A stretch of 64,000 nt of DNA from a virus: positions 55,095 to 119,094 of IMG/VR virus record IMGVR_UViG_3300037826_000058; one strand, written 5' to 3'. Made by a program: the position numbers and the translations under genes. This document shows positions 10,030-20,508 of this stretch, in pieces (within the stretch, counting starts at the first letter, position 1; the number at the start of each line of letters is the position of its first letter). Below the pieces are notes generated by a model, which was given only the letters and a program-made list of their open reading frames with translations, did no database searches and was not told the DNA's origin.

Positions 10030-11909
10030 TAACTGGTTCCTAATAAGAACTCGGTTCTTGGTCGAGCCTTAATATACACCTTTACTGAACCTTGTGAAAA
10101 ACCATCATCACTATTTGTGCTTGTTATCACAAACCGTTGCATAATATCTGGTTCTATTTGAGGCACTTGTCCTAGTATTGCATAGTGTCCAATGTATCCC
10201 TCAGCCCCGTCTGCTTTCAAGACCATATTCATGGGTACACCGTTTCTTTCATGTATAAAGCATGTTGCATAGTCATCTGGGGCGTTGAATATTGTGTATT
10301 CTTCATCTACGCTTACTAGCAAGAAGAAGTCTGCAGTTACTGTAGCGGCGCTTTCTAAGTTTACTAATACCCTAATGTTTTCTTGATAGTCCACTGCATA
10401 GTCTCCCCCAGGCCATCCCGCTCCCTCTGGAATTAAAGAAACATGGTCGTCTGGATTCATGCCAAAGTAAATAGGCCCAATTGCAATCATTTGGGAGGTT
10501 GTGGAAAGCGATATATTTACTACCTCTGTACTGGCGCTGTCAGTTTCGTCGTAAAAAGCAAAATCATAGTAGGGGCCACTTGTTAAGACCTTTGCTTTTC
10601 CATCTACAGACCCAGACGAAATGCTCATAGGGGCCAAGAGCATGTATGTACCGGGGTACATATCTGGTTGGTTTACAATGGTGGTTTGGTGTGCTTTTAC
10701 TGTTTCCCATGTATTAGGCGAAACGCTAATATCAGTTGCTCCGCTTATATGATAATCGTAACAGTTGTAGTCATTGGCATTTTCTGTAACGCGATAGGAG
10801 AACTTGCCTATATGGTATTCTGTAAAAGTATTGCCTTCTATTACCCAATGTGTTTCCATAGGAGCATCACCTGGAGCACCGTGAACATCGATATATGCTA
10901 CAGCACCACTATCACCGTCGTAGTTTGATATATTGCTTTGACTACACCACGTTGTGTGGCTGTTGCTTATCGCTGTTGAGTTGAATTGCAGATAGCATTT
11001 GTTTACATATACTGTCATGCCAGAAGTAGCCGTTATTCGCAACCTTACATCTTTTTCAGCTGGGACATTTGCACTCAAAGACAGCTTTACACCTTCATCT
11101 GTGGTGCTTGTTGTATCGCTAGTAATATCTGTACCGTCTGTATGGTTTCGCAGGGTCGCAGTGATTGTTCCGCTGTCTGTTGTATAGACATAGGCATAGG
11201 CTACGCACGCTTTTTCAATATCATTGGATGAAATTGTATCACTCTCGATTCCTTCACCGTCTGCATCTGTAGTGAAAAGACCGGCAGTACCGTTGACAAA
11301 AGACGATATTGCTCCAACACCGCTAGTTGTTCTCTCGAATTCTGTGGGGCTGCCCACTTCGTTCCAACCATAGGTGTTTTTGTAGAAATCCGGATTTGTT
11401 AGCTCGTTGTAAATATATTGCCATGCTCCATACCCTAGAGGCTCGGTAATTAAATCAAAGCTTATAGCATCACCAAATTTTACATCTTGGGTTTGCCTGT
11501 TGAAATATTCAAATAGATCAACACCCCCGAAATTAGCATCTATTACAGTGTACCTTGTCCAATTAGTGGCACCCTCTAACTGTATCTCTAAGTAAACCTC
11601 GCTTTCATCTTGGTGGGTTTGATGTCTTCTAGCTCTCTTGATAAGTCGGTTGAGAGTTATCAACTGGTTTGCAATAGCGTCGTCAGAAGAATTGCTTTTG
11701 AGTGCAACCTTCATAGGCCATGTTCGGTTGCCCAACTTCTCTCTAATGATTCTCTCACCATCTTGCCAATCCGATTGGTGATACAAGTGTTGGTGTTCAG
11801 GTAACCCTAAGGAGGCCCCAGAGGCCAGCATCTGAAACCCAGCTCCGGAAGCATCAAAGGAAAGATCAACAGAATCTGTTCCATTGGATATTTTTATTAC
11901 ATCTGTCAT
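10029..11909 (-). CDS. Distal tail (Dit-like) protein with carbohydrate-binding-like insertion
   Basis: 626 aa, immediately after the tape measure; NELTNPDF CBM-like start. Confidence 0.65.
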   Translation of the reverse strand: MTDVIKISNGTDSVDLSFDASGAGFQMLASGASLGLPEHQHLYHQSDWQDGERIIREKLGNRTWPMKVALKSNSSDDAIANQLITLNRLIKRARRHQTHQDESEVYLEIQLEGATNWTRYTVIDANFGGVDLFEYFNRQTQDVKFGDAISFDLITEPLGYGAWQYIYNELTNPDFYKNTYGWNEVGSPTEFERTTSGVGAISSFVNGTAGLFTTDADGEGIESDTISSNDIEKACVAYAYVYTTDSGTITATLRNHTDGTDITSDTTSTTDEGVKLSLSANVPAEKDVRLRITATSGMTVYVNKCYLQFNSTAISNSHTTWCSQSNISNYDGDSGAVAYIDVHGAPGDAPMETHWVIEGNTFTEYHIGKFSYRVTENANDYNCYDYHISGATDISVSPNTWETVKAHQTTIVNQPDMYPGTYMLLAPMSISSGSVDGKAKVLTSGPYYDFAFYDETDSASTEVVNISLSTTSQMIAIGPIYFGMNPDDHVSLIPEGAGWPGGDYAVDYQENIRVLVNLESAATVTADFFLLVSVDEEYTIFNAPDDYATCFIHERNGVPMNMVLKADGAEGYIGHYAILGQVPQIEPDIMQRFVITSTNSDDGFSQGSVKVYIKARPRTEFLLGTS

Positions 11910-14900
11910 GCCGGTTGCCTCCTAGCGTTAATCATGTTGCCAATCTCAACTGATAAATCCTTAGCAAATTGTCTACCAACTTGCATGTTTGGTACTACCA
12001 ACGTACCTACCAGCGATTCATTAAATTGAACTGTGCTGGGAGCGTCGGCTGGTGCTGGTGTAGAAGATGCAACGGGTGCTCCTATTGGTCGTGATGTTCC
12101 CACGCTACGCATCAATTGCCCCATTTCCCGCAACTCATCATTGACCATCGAAACAGCCGTTGCTAACGGTGGGGGCGAGTGCATCTCTAGGTTTTCAGGA
12201 ATGCTACCTGATTGTTGCACCTGAATTCTAATAGTCACCTTGTTTTCATCAGCCCACTTCTTGAGTTCCTTGACCTTCTTTAAGATTTTGGCAAGGGTGT
12301 CTTTTACCCCGTTTAGGGCTGCGCACGTCTCGGCGGCAAATTCCCTAAATAAGTTAAGCAAGTCACCTAGTCTTTCTTCAGCAATCTCTTCAAAGTCGTC
12401 AAACATTACTGGTACAATGCCACTGTCACCTAATAGCTCCTGGCTTAGCGCTTCAAATTGTTGTTGTGTACCAGAAGACCAAGATGCAGTATCTCCCTTT
12501 ATAGTGTCATACGTTTGATTGAATTGCTGTGTTGTTTCTGTTCCCCATTGTGCGGTTGCTTCCCCCGTTGAAGCATACGTACCCCCCAGCTCGCTTTCTA
12601 TGCTACTTGCCATCTGAGGTACAATCTCTTCTGAAATGCGCGTGCTCATTCCAGACATTTGTGCTTCCATACCAACACCGAAATCATCAGTTTCGGTAAG
12701 CCATCTGTTTAGGGTTGCTGACCACCCGCTAAGTGCTTCATCTGTACCTTGGGTTACGTTGGATGTGCTTGCTCCAATATCCTCAAAATGCTTGCTAGCA
12801 ACATCACTTGCTTCACCTAAATATCTGTCAGCCTGAAGCGCATATCGTTGTGCCGCAGCCCCCATTTCGTTTTGCTTTCTGATGTTTTCATCGGCAGCCT
12901 CGGCTACATTGTTGATGTTTAATTCAAAGTCATCTGCCCATTTATTGTACTCTCTGCGAGTTTCCAACATTGTGTCAATCACAAGGTCGTTACTTTTTTC
13001 AAATGACCTGGCAAACTCTTCAAGACCGCTTCCTTGGCCGCCGATCTTTCCCAACCAGTCCGCCACTGATTGAAAACCCTGTGCCATCTTTATAACCGGT
13101 ATGGCAACCAACCCGTGAACTGCCCCTCGTAAGTCAATTATGACATCGCGTGCCCACTCCGCTATCCGCCCCATAACAAGCAAGCCTCTTTGTACAGGGC
13201 TTAATGCGGCATGTAGGTGGGGCCACTTATTCCTGGATTGGTCATCAACCGTTTTGCCCAACAAGGTCATCATGGCTAAAGCAAGCCCCGCCTTGGCACC
13301 AAATAGAGCGGTTGCCCCAGCACCTACAAGCAATACAGTGTTGTATTCCGAAAAGAAGTCTGGGATATTGCTTTTATTTAAGGTCTCGGAGAGATCATTC
13401 CATGCATCCATCATCATAGCAACGTTAGTGTTGAATGATTCCCGTACACGGTTGAAAGGTTCCTGCAATATTTCGCGCACTGTTTGCGCAAATCCCCCCA
13501 TCTTTTTCTTGAGACCCTTGATGACTGATGGGCCACCAGCTGGGAAGTCAAAACCTCGTGTAATCTCTCCTAATTTCTTGGCAGCCCCACCAGCAGCCTT
13601 GGCTGCTTTTTTCATCTTGTCAGCTGTGCTACCAATACCTTCATCAACCTCGTCTATCATACGGTTGAGCATTCGGAACAGCTCTAGCTGTTCTTGGATA
13701 GCACTCTTGCGATTTTCTAGTACATTAACCTGTCTCTCTTGCTCTTTGACCGCCGCTCTAGTGGCTTGTACCTGTTGCAGCTGACCACGAATGGCATCCT
13801 CATCTTTGCCCAATACCTGCATTTCAAATAGAGCTGTCTCTTCCCCTTTGAGCTTGCCTTCCATACGCTCTAAAGCCTTGCGAGCGTCTTCCAGCTTCAT
13901 CTCTACTTGCTTTTCCAGTAATTCAAGGTCAAAGATGCTTAATCCCTTGGCCCAAGATGCAATGGCCGAAACCCCCCATTCCATTAATTGCTTCTTGGGT
14001 TTGGCTTCAAACTGCTTCTTTAGCTTCTGAAGCACACCGCTGAATTGGGGGTCATATTCCTCCATAGCGCCATACCATTCGGCAATGGCATCCATACCCC
14101 AATTGATAATATCTGGTGCAACACGAGGAGGAGACCCAGGGGCCAACCAGTTTTCCAAAATGGCACTGATTGTGTTCATCACGGTGACAATCGCGTATGT
14201 GAAGCCCTCTAGGATACCAACAGCTAAACTACTACCAATATTAGCACCCCAAGACGCTGCGTTTACAGCCCATTCTCCTGCCCTTGTTCCCATTCGCTGG
14301 GCACCATTAGCAACAGCGCTTTCTGCTCCTAAGACACCCTTGGACATACTGTGAGGTAACTCATCGCTTACTTTGTAAAACACATTCATAAAGGATTCTG
14401 CAAAGACACTGGCAAGAGGAATGGTTTTTGTTACAAATTCTCTGACGTAGCCCATCGCGACCGTAAGGGCTGGGCCAAGGGCCATCAATATGTTGTCTTT
14501 GAGATCAACAAAACTAGCCTTAACGGCTCCTGTTTGAAAAGCCAGCAATGCCTCTGTATCACCCATTGCGGCGACTAGGGCTTCACCCTGTCTTAATGCC
14601 TCGTTTAACAACGCTACGGACTTTTGTTGGCGTGACATCTCCTGTGTAGTAATGCCCAATTGCTCAGCGTATTTTTCTTGGGCGTAGTTGAGATCAACCA
14701 TCAAGCCCAGCTGGGCGAAGTACCTGGTATATAGACGCCCAGCACCCATGACGAGAGAGCTTACCATTTTCTCCACGTCTTTACCCATGATGTTGGCAGC
14801 GGCAGTAGCAACCTCAAATACACGGGGTAGTTTAGTTCCCACCTCGGCCCCCATCAAGGCAAAGGCATGGTTAGCCGCCTCTGCCATATCGGTATAGGAC

Positions 14901-15349
14901 ATCATACCCCTAGAAGCGACACGAAGCTTGTTCACAAAGACATCTATATTGGGGGCCATTTCAGCAAAGGCTTGATTGCCGCGTCGTGCAGCCTCTACAA
15001 AACCCTCAAATACAACACGTTTGTTCTGTATAGCACCAATGCTTTCAGATAGTTTATAGAATCCAAACGACAACCCAGCAACAGTGGCGGTTAAACCAAC
15101 CGCTGCTTTCCCGATGGTTTTAAGAGCACCTAGTACGCCCCCAATCAACCCTCGCGTGAGTTTGGTTGCAGCTTGGGCTGCTGTGTTAAAAACCTTGTCG
15201 AATACTGGTCTTAACCCAGCACCTGCTTTACCTATTTTGCTTGCCGCTTTAACTATTTTCTTTAATTGTCTTTTCAATCGTTCAAGATGCTTACTGAAAC
15301 CATCTTTAACGTTGATAGCAATTTGTCGTGCTATTTCACCCTGAGCCAT
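11906..15349 (-). CDS. Tape measure protein
   Basis: 1147 aa, Ala/Gly-rich helical; follows the chaperone pair. Confidence 0.9.
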   Translation of the reverse strand: MAQGEIARQIAINVKDGFSKHLERLKRQLKKIVKAASKIGKAGAGLRPVFDKVFNTAAQAATKLTRGLIGGVLGALKTIGKAAVGLTATVAGLSFGFYKLSESIGAIQNKRVVFEGFVEAARRGNQAFAEMAPNIDVFVNKLRVASRGMMSYTDMAEAANHAFALMGAEVGTKLPRVFEVATAAANIMGKDVEKMVSSLVMGAGRLYTRYFAQLGLMVDLNYAQEKYAEQLGITTQEMSRQQKSVALLNEALRQGEALVAAMGDTEALLAFQTGAVKASFVDLKDNILMALGPALTVAMGYVREFVTKTIPLASVFAESFMNVFYKVSDELPHSMSKGVLGAESAVANGAQRMGTRAGEWAVNAASWGANIGSSLAVGILEGFTYAIVTVMNTISAILENWLAPGSPPRVAPDIINWGMDAIAEWYGAMEEYDPQFSGVLQKLKKQFEAKPKKQLMEWGVSAIASWAKGLSIFDLELLEKQVEMKLEDARKALERMEGKLKGEETALFEMQVLGKDEDAIRGQLQQVQATRAAVKEQERQVNVLENRKSAIQEQLELFRMLNRMIDEVDEGIGSTADKMKKAAKAAGGAAKKLGEITRGFDFPAGGPSVIKGLKKKMGGFAQTVREILQEPFNRVRESFNTNVAMMMDAWNDLSETLNKSNIPDFFSEYNTVLLVGAGATALFGAKAGLALAMMTLLGKTVDDQSRNKWPHLHAALSPVQRGLLVMGRIAEWARDVIIDLRGAVHGLVAIPVIKMAQGFQSVADWLGKIGGQGSGLEEFARSFEKSNDLVIDTMLETRREYNKWADDFELNINNVAEAADENIRKQNEMGAAAQRYALQADRYLGEASDVASKHFEDIGASTSNVTQGTDEALSGWSATLNRWLTETDDFGVGMEAQMSGMSTRISEEIVPQMASSIESELGGTYASTGEATAQWGTETTQQFNQTYDTIKGDTASWSSGTQQQFEALSQELLGDSGIVPVMFDDFEEIAEERLGDLLNLFREFAAETCAALNGVKDTLAKILKKVKELKKWADENKVTIRIQVQQSGSIPENLEMHSPPPLATAVSMVNDELREMGQLMRSVGTSRPIGAPVASSTPAPADAPSTVQFNESLVGTLVVPNMQVGRQFAKDLSVEIGNMINARRQPA

Positions 15350-15703
15350 CCTTAGCCTCTTTGTTTACCTGCTTCATAAATTCTGCTACTTTTTCAGTTT
15401 GACTTTGCGGTTCAACCTCCATATGCAGGGCGTCCATCTTCCCCGACATTAGCAATCGTAACCTCATACGGTCTTCTCGCGACACGTTGTGAGGGTCTTC
15501 ACGGAAGTTTTGTGCTACGTTTCGCCAGCGACGTAAATTGTACATTCTCATGCATACCCATCCATCTTCTTCCTGCAACTCGGATGGGCGACAATGAAAC
15601 ATCTCGCATAACGAAAGCTCAACAGCCTCTATGGGAACTGGGGGTATATCAACGCCACGGCTCCCGCCTAATATATTTAGGACGAGAGCCGTAGCTGCAT
15701 CTA
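15336..15703 (-). CDS. Tail assembly chaperone, -1 frameshift extension (gpGT-like)
   Basis: The -1 frame is open from the slippery site: KLDAATALVLNILGG...CEMFHCRPSELQEEDG. Confidence 0.8.
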
Positions 15704-16096
15704 GTTTCCCTCTTCTGGCAACGCTTCTGGTGCTGTTCCCTCAAGCCACTTTTCTAGCAAGTATTGTAGCTCTGTAAATGCATCTAACTCCCTCAACGTA
15801 TCAGCACTTGGAGGGTTGTCTAGTTCTTCCCCAGTGTATGGATCAGTCCAGTCCCACCGGATGATAGCCCGCGCCAATATAGGGCAGACATCATCGTAGT
15901 AAAAGCGAGCCATCTTTCCTTCATCGTCGCCTTCCTGTAGCTTAGTAGCCTTCGCTACGACCATCATATCGCGTGGACTGATACGCTTGCGGAAGGATAC
16001 TTCTTCGCCCTCATGAGGGTGATATTTTTCCCCCCCACTTTCTATCACTAAATCATCTGACTTAACAACTATCACTGGGGCGCGTCGCTTACTCAT
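15701..16096 (-). CDS. Tail assembly chaperone (gpG-like)
   Basis: Between tail tube and tape measure; ends at the slippery site. Confidence 0.8.
   Translation of the reverse strand: MSKRRAPVIVVKSDDLVIESGGEKYHPHEGEEVSFRKRISPRDMMVVAKATKLQEGDDEGKMARFYYDDVCPILARAIIRWDWTDPYTGEELDNPPSADTLRELDAFTELQYLLEKWLEGTAPEALPEEGN
15704..15710 (-). other. Programmed -1 ribosomal frameshift site G GGA AAC
   Basis: Canonical X XXY YYZ heptamer directly before the TAG of the chaperone gene. Confidence 0.85.
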
Positions 16097-16146
16097 TTAT
16101 GTACCTCCTCGCCTCCGCCCGTTTGGGTAGGAGAGGCCAGATTGTG

Positions 16147-16163
16147 TGTAACATCATGTTACA
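16147..16163. repeat. 17-bp palindrome TGTAACATCATGTTACA (copy 1 of 3)
   Basis: Identical at 44373-44389; reverse complement at 55230-55246. Confidence 0.85.
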
Positions 16164-16550
16164 TTAGCTAAAACCGGTTGATGTCAAGGCTCCATCTATG
16201 ATTCCACTGAAGTCGATTGTCCAGAAGCCATCGGCAGGCCCATCCACTGACCAGCTTGTGAAATAACCCGTGAAGCTCCAGTAATCAGACGTTGCGTTCG
16301 TTGGGTAGATTGCTACGGTGTGCGATGAACCAGTGGTTGTGTAATCGATCAATGTGCTTTCTGTGTCGTCTGCTACTCCCCCACCTGAGAACTCACCTGA
16401 GTAAGGCCCTACAGCTTTCTCGGTGTAGTTCTGTCCTTGGATTAAGACCTCCGCTACCGATCTATCCAGGGATATTGACAGCGTGGTTGAAGACGAATAG
16501 TGGGAACCATCGACGTACATCATACCATTCAAACCATCTAAACTTGCCAT
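16164..16550 (-). CDS. Major tail tube protein
   Basis: 128 aa, YWSFTGYFTSWSVDGPADG..IDFSG; synteny. Confidence 0.75.
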   Translation of the reverse strand: MASLDGLNGMMYVDGSHYSSSTTLSISLDRSVAEVLIQGQNYTEKAVGPYSGEFSGGGVADDTESTLIDYTTTGSSHTVAIYPTNATSDYWSFTGYFTSWSVDGPADGFWTIDFSGIIDGALTSTGFS

Positions 16551-16590
16551 GTTATGTACCTCCTATCGTGAATTTTAGAATTCATCATTA

Positions 16591-17613
16591 TCAGTTGTCA
16601 ATAATGCTCAATTTCCTCAACAGGTATTGAGCGCGGTGGAGGTACGAGTGATTAGCTACAGCGCTTCTCGCGCCTCGACCTATGAGCATTCTATCGTTAC
16701 GTTTTTCATCTCGTATCCATTTTCTCAAGATGCCTTCTAATTCGTTTGGCGTTGCAAAGGGCAAATAGTTTTCCCCAAGCAAATCGCTCAGCTCCGGTAT
16801 TGTATCTTGTGAAGCAATCGTTGCCCCACAAGCCGCTGCCTCGTAAATACGTGGGCCAACAGATTCTCTTCCTGGTATAGTCTCCTGACCTTGAAAATCT
16901 ACGCTTACCCGATCTAAGTTAAGAACTATTTTGGCCCCGTTATAATACTGCGCTGCTTCATCATTCCTCAATACAACATCATCTTGGTTAAAAAATTTCT
17001 TTAATGGACTATCATCTAGTTTCCAGTATCCAAATAACTTGAAGTCGATACCACTCCAATCTACTTGTTCTAGAAAGTGTTGTCTTTCTGGAAAACCACT
17101 CCCTACGAATACCACGTCGCTTCTGTACTTGCTGGATACAATCATAGGGTGATGTATCTCTTGACTGTATGCCAATGGTAGAAAATCTATTCCCATTACT
17201 TCCGCGCTACTAAGGTCATTGGCGAACGTGTGTGTTGCTCTCTCGACTATGTACGAGTTTGTTTTATCTCTATAAGGACACTCCGTAAGTATTGCTACTG
17301 TGGGTATATTCAATCTATGCATCCAGTCCCAAAATATATCGTGAATAGACGTTCCGTCCACGATGAACACAATATCTGGCTGACATTCTACGACCTTAAA
17401 CACTACATCAGCTGTGGCTCGCTCGTATGTTGTTGCCGTGTTGAGACTGGTAGACTGAATGACCTTCTCCCATTGCTCCCAAATTTCTTCATAGTGAATG
17501 TTGGTGCAATGGACGTTGAGCTGTTGAAAGGCTCTAGAATATCCTACAGCACAGTCCCTTGTACTCGCTGCATGTGGTGGAAAGATCAGAGCTACGTGTT
17601 TATTTTGATGCAC
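16591..17613 (-). CDS. Glycosyltransferase, CgeB-like GT-B
   Basis: SDVVFVGS, YNGAKIVLN, PRIYEAAACG, HSYLHRA. Confidence 0.85.
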   Translation of the reverse strand: MHQNKHVALIFPPHAASTRDCAVGYSRAFQQLNVHCTNIHYEEIWEQWEKVIQSTSLNTATTYERATADVVFKVVECQPDIVFIVDGTSIHDIFWDWMHRLNIPTVAILTECPYRDKTNSYIVERATHTFANDLSSAEVMGIDFLPLAYSQEIHHPMIVSSKYRSDVVFVGSGFPERQHFLEQVDWSGIDFKLFGYWKLDDSPLKKFFNQDDVVLRNDEAAQYYNGAKIVLNLDRVSVDFQGQETIPGRESVGPRIYEAAACGATIASQDTIPELSDLLGENYLPFATPNELEGILRKWIRDEKRNDRMLIGRGARSAVANHSYLHRAQYLLRKLSIIDN

Positions 17614-17920
17614 CGACGATACCCGCGATAAGTGCTCCTAGGAAATTAACGATGTCGATAGTGTTGCTTTTATCTCGCAAGCTTTTTATTGCCCCCTCGA
17701 TGTTTTCCATCTTAGCTTGCGTGCTGGATTCCCGACGCTCTAATTCCCTTACTCTTCTGTCTAACTTATCATGTGTTGCTTCTACTTTACCGGTAAGAGA
17801 TTGAATTTGCTCACCTAGATCGTTACGGGTTCGCCTCATCTCCTCGGTAAGTGCCTCTACATCTCTGCAGAGCACTGCTACTACCATATCACCATCATTC
17901 TTCTTCGCCCCTGTCATCAC
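17600..17920 (-). CDS. Coiled-coil protein with C-terminal hydrophobic helix (possible holin/XhlA-like)
   Basis: Heptad-rich; C-terminal IVNFLGALIAGIVGA. Confidence 0.5.
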   Translation of the reverse strand: MMTGAKKNDGDMVVAVLCRDVEALTEEMRRTRNDLGEQIQSLTGKVEATHDKLDRRVRELERRESSTQAKMENIEGAIKSLRDKSNTIDIVNFLGALIAGIVGASK

Positions 17921-18092
17921 CGTCCTCTTCTAATCTGGTTCCAATGTGTGGAATGTCTTCATAACCTACCAGAACCAGTCCCCCTCCCCACATCGCGAAG
18001 GCCACTTGCATGATTTCGTGTGTGTTGGAAAACTGCTCTAGCTTGTGGCACAACTCCTCTGGACTTCCTCCTCTAATCGATTCAAATTTCAT
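17895..18092 (-). CDS. Hypothetical protein
   Basis: Fills the gap in a tightly packed operon. Confidence 0.5.
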   Translation of the reverse strand: MKFESIRGGSPEELCHKLEQFSNTHEIMQVAFAMWGGGLVLVGYEDIPHIGTRLEEDGDDRGEEE

Positions 18093-18093
18093 C

Positions 18094-18528
18094 TTAAGTG
18101 CTAACCTCCTCTGTTACCTCTAACCTCAAGTCAAGTCGCATATAATACGGTTCGTCTACCCGCAACTCAATACCACTGGAACCTGTTACTACGGCTCGCC
18201 TAACCCCCGTGGCGCTGTCTAAATGGGGGTATGCATTTAGCTGTGCCATTACATTATCAACATCCGACAGCAAGTTTTCATACGTTGAGTTGCTATCCAT
18301 GCGGTGGTAAACGCCCACTGTAATAACGTGATCGCTCGCAAATCGACCATGCCCAGCTACTGGTATGTTTCCAGGGCCATGTGAACTCGGTTCGTATTCT
18401 AATATCACTGCCCTCGATAAACCTGTAGTTAATATCGACCAGTCACCAATCGACACGTTGCTAGCACTATAGTTGGCATGGTTAGTTATGACTGTTTCAG
18501 TTGCTTGTAATACCGATATAATACTCAC
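18094..18528 (-). CDS. Tail terminator/completion protein
   Basis: Size and synteny. Confidence 0.6.
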   Translation of the reverse strand: MSIISVLQATETVITNHANYSASNVSIGDWSILTTGLSRAVILEYEPSSHGPGNIPVAGHGRFASDHVITVGVYHRMDSNSTYENLLSDVDNVMAQLNAYPHLDSATGVRRAVVTGSSGIELRVDEPYYMRLDLRLEVTEEVST

Positions 18529-19109
18529 TATTCACCTGGTAACCCTAATCGTTGGCTGGGTGAATGCCATCCAGACCCGTCACCCGCTAACTGCATAATA
18601 ATATTAACCGCCAGTTCAGAAGCTGTTCCTTCCAATACATCTTTGGTCATTTCGTCTTTAGCAACACGGTCAACAAATGGGTTCTCACCATGTGTTCCCC
18701 AACCCTGTCTTGTTGCCCAAACAGACGTACCGCGAAGCCTGATACCATGCCAAATCTGCCACGCCTCTCCCTCTGTGACACCAAGCTTGCTCTTAGCCCA
18801 CATATAGATTGGTATAAACGGTGGGGTGTGTGGGTCTGTACCATCCAACACATAGTTTACATTGTCGGCCTTGCTTGGGTCGGGGCCTACGACAAATCCT
18901 TTTTTGTGTTCTTCTAGTATTCTCACAGAGTCTGCTAAAACCCCGCGCCATCGTACAAGGTTGGCCTCGTATTGCAACCGTTTGGTGAAATAGGCTTTGA
19001 GCTTTTTGAGCGCTGTCTCAAGTACGTGCATTCCCCCACTCTTCGCTACCTTAGCGGCACGCTCGGAAAGCTCTGTTATATCTTTAGTCTTTACTTCAAT
19101 AGTCAACAT
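18528..19109 (-). CDS. Neck/tail-completion protein (HK97 gp10-like)
   Basis: GVLADSV...YVLDGTDPHTPP...WAKSKLG...NPFVDR. Confidence 0.65.
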   Translation of the reverse strand: MLTIEVKTKDITELSERAAKVAKSGGMHVLETALKKLKAYFTKRLQYEANLVRWRGVLADSVRILEEHKKGFVVGPDPSKADNVNYVLDGTDPHTPPFIPIYMWAKSKLGVTEGEAWQIWHGIRLRGTSVWATRQGWGTHGENPFVDRVAKDEMTKDVLEGTASELAVNIIMQLAGDGSGWHSPSQRLGLPGE

Positions 19110-20146
19110 TATTCGTTGTCCCACATATCGCGTGTGAATCGGGGCTTAATTAGTGTGTCGTCGTCATCCCAGCTATCCCTATCACTATCCTCTACTCCAC
19201 CAGCCGTTAATCCCCTTGCTGATTTTATTGTATCCTCCTTTGCAATACCCAGCGTCACGAATGCATCTACAATCTCACCACCTTCTCTAAGTTGCTCTTG
19301 TAGCGATTCGTACAAAGTACGGAACGCCCCCATACGAGTACCAGCTCCCTGTGCTCCTCGGAAACTGGCGGTATTGCTGGTCAGCTCACACCACATTGCT
19401 GTCCCCGCATCAGCATATGGTCTTAGCATGCGCTTTGCCATAGTGTCAGTGATAGGTGTCTCAAACCCAGCTCCTTGCAACCATAGGTCTATCTGGTCTG
19501 AAACTTGGTCAGCGTAGTCATAAACCTCTGTCGGTGATAGTTTGGAATCAGCGCTATAGTCAATTGTACCGCTGTTGGTATGTTGCTTGACTGCGTGAGC
19601 TACGCTTCTTATCGATGGATAGGATACATCTGTTCGCTCACCAGTGTATATTTGAAAGCAAAAGTCGGTGTCGGTGCCGATGTCTGACCATATGGTTCCG
19701 TTATACGTTTCCCCTTCCCCGTCAACAAAGTGGGGGGAAGATTGATCTGCACCCCAAGCAATCTCTGTGGTTCCATCAGTATAAGAATATGATGACGATG
19801 CCAACAATACTAGGTGATATGTCGTTGAAGCATCCATTTCCGGTCGCCCATCCATGTCGTAAGTAAAATCAACATACCCCCAAGATGTATCTACAGACGC
19901 CATTGGCAACCCATTAGAATCTCCGTTGGTCAAAGGGGTATCTGGTAACCCAGCGCCATCGTCGGCTCGAATACTGACCTGTAGATACCCAAGTGGTGCA
20001 CCAATTTTCCTGAGGTATAACCGCACGGTGCCCACAGTCCCAGATTGCTTTAATTGAAACGACTGTGCTAACATCTGATTAGCACCACTGCTGGTCAAAT
20101 CGACAGCTGTAGACCTGTTATCGCTGGCGTATTCTAGTATCTTCAC
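19109..20146 (-). CDS. Head-tail adaptor with N-terminal beta-sandwich appendage
   Basis: C-terminal adaptor-like part (QIDLWLQGAGFETPIT...KPRFTRDMWD); N-terminal LAQSFQL..VRLYLRKIG domain. Confidence 0.65.
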   Translation of the reverse strand: MKILEYASDNRSTAVDLTSSGANQMLAQSFQLKQSGTVGTVRLYLRKIGAPLGYLQVSIRADDGAGLPDTPLTNGDSNGLPMASVDTSWGYVDFTYDMDGRPEMDASTTYHLVLLASSSYSYTDGTTEIAWGADQSSPHFVDGEGETYNGTIWSDIGTDTDFCFQIYTGERTDVSYPSIRSVAHAVKQHTNSGTIDYSADSKLSPTEVYDYADQVSDQIDLWLQGAGFETPITDTMAKRMLRPYADAGTAMWCELTSNTASFRGAQGAGTRMGAFRTLYESLQEQLREGGEIVDAFVTLGIAKEDTIKSARGLTAGGVEDSDRDSWDDDDTLIKPRFTRDMWDNE

Positions 20147-20508
20147 TATGACCTCAACACAAACACCAAGGTTCTCTCTGCCCCCTGTGTCGTTGCCCCT
20201 CCGCTAGTACCAGAGCGTACCTTGAGGTAAGGAAACGCCGACAATGCTTCCATACCTACAGTCGTAAACCCAATAGCGCGTGAAGCCGCAGCAGATACCT
20301 GAACCTCATTTCCCTGACTGTCATATACATTATTGTATGTACCACCTGTTTCATGGGCAGCCTGGAAGGTTAAATCAGCGGTAGTCCAACCCGCAGGCAT
20401 AATCATGCCCCGAACAGACATTCCCTCGGTATCTACTTCGTCAGAAAGCGATGCTCCTGCGTCAATGGTGGCTTCTTTACCATGAAACTTCTTGGTTGTT
20501 CTCATCAT
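20146..20508 (-). CDS. Hypothetical virion protein
   Basis: IMPAGWTTADLTFQ...YLKVRSGT. Confidence 0.6.
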   Translation of the reverse strand: MMRTTKKFHGKEATIDAGASLSDEVDTEGMSVRGMIMPAGWTTADLTFQAAHETGGTYNNVYDSQGNEVQVSAAASRAIGFTTVGMEALSAFPYLKVRSGTSGGATTQGAERTLVFVLRS

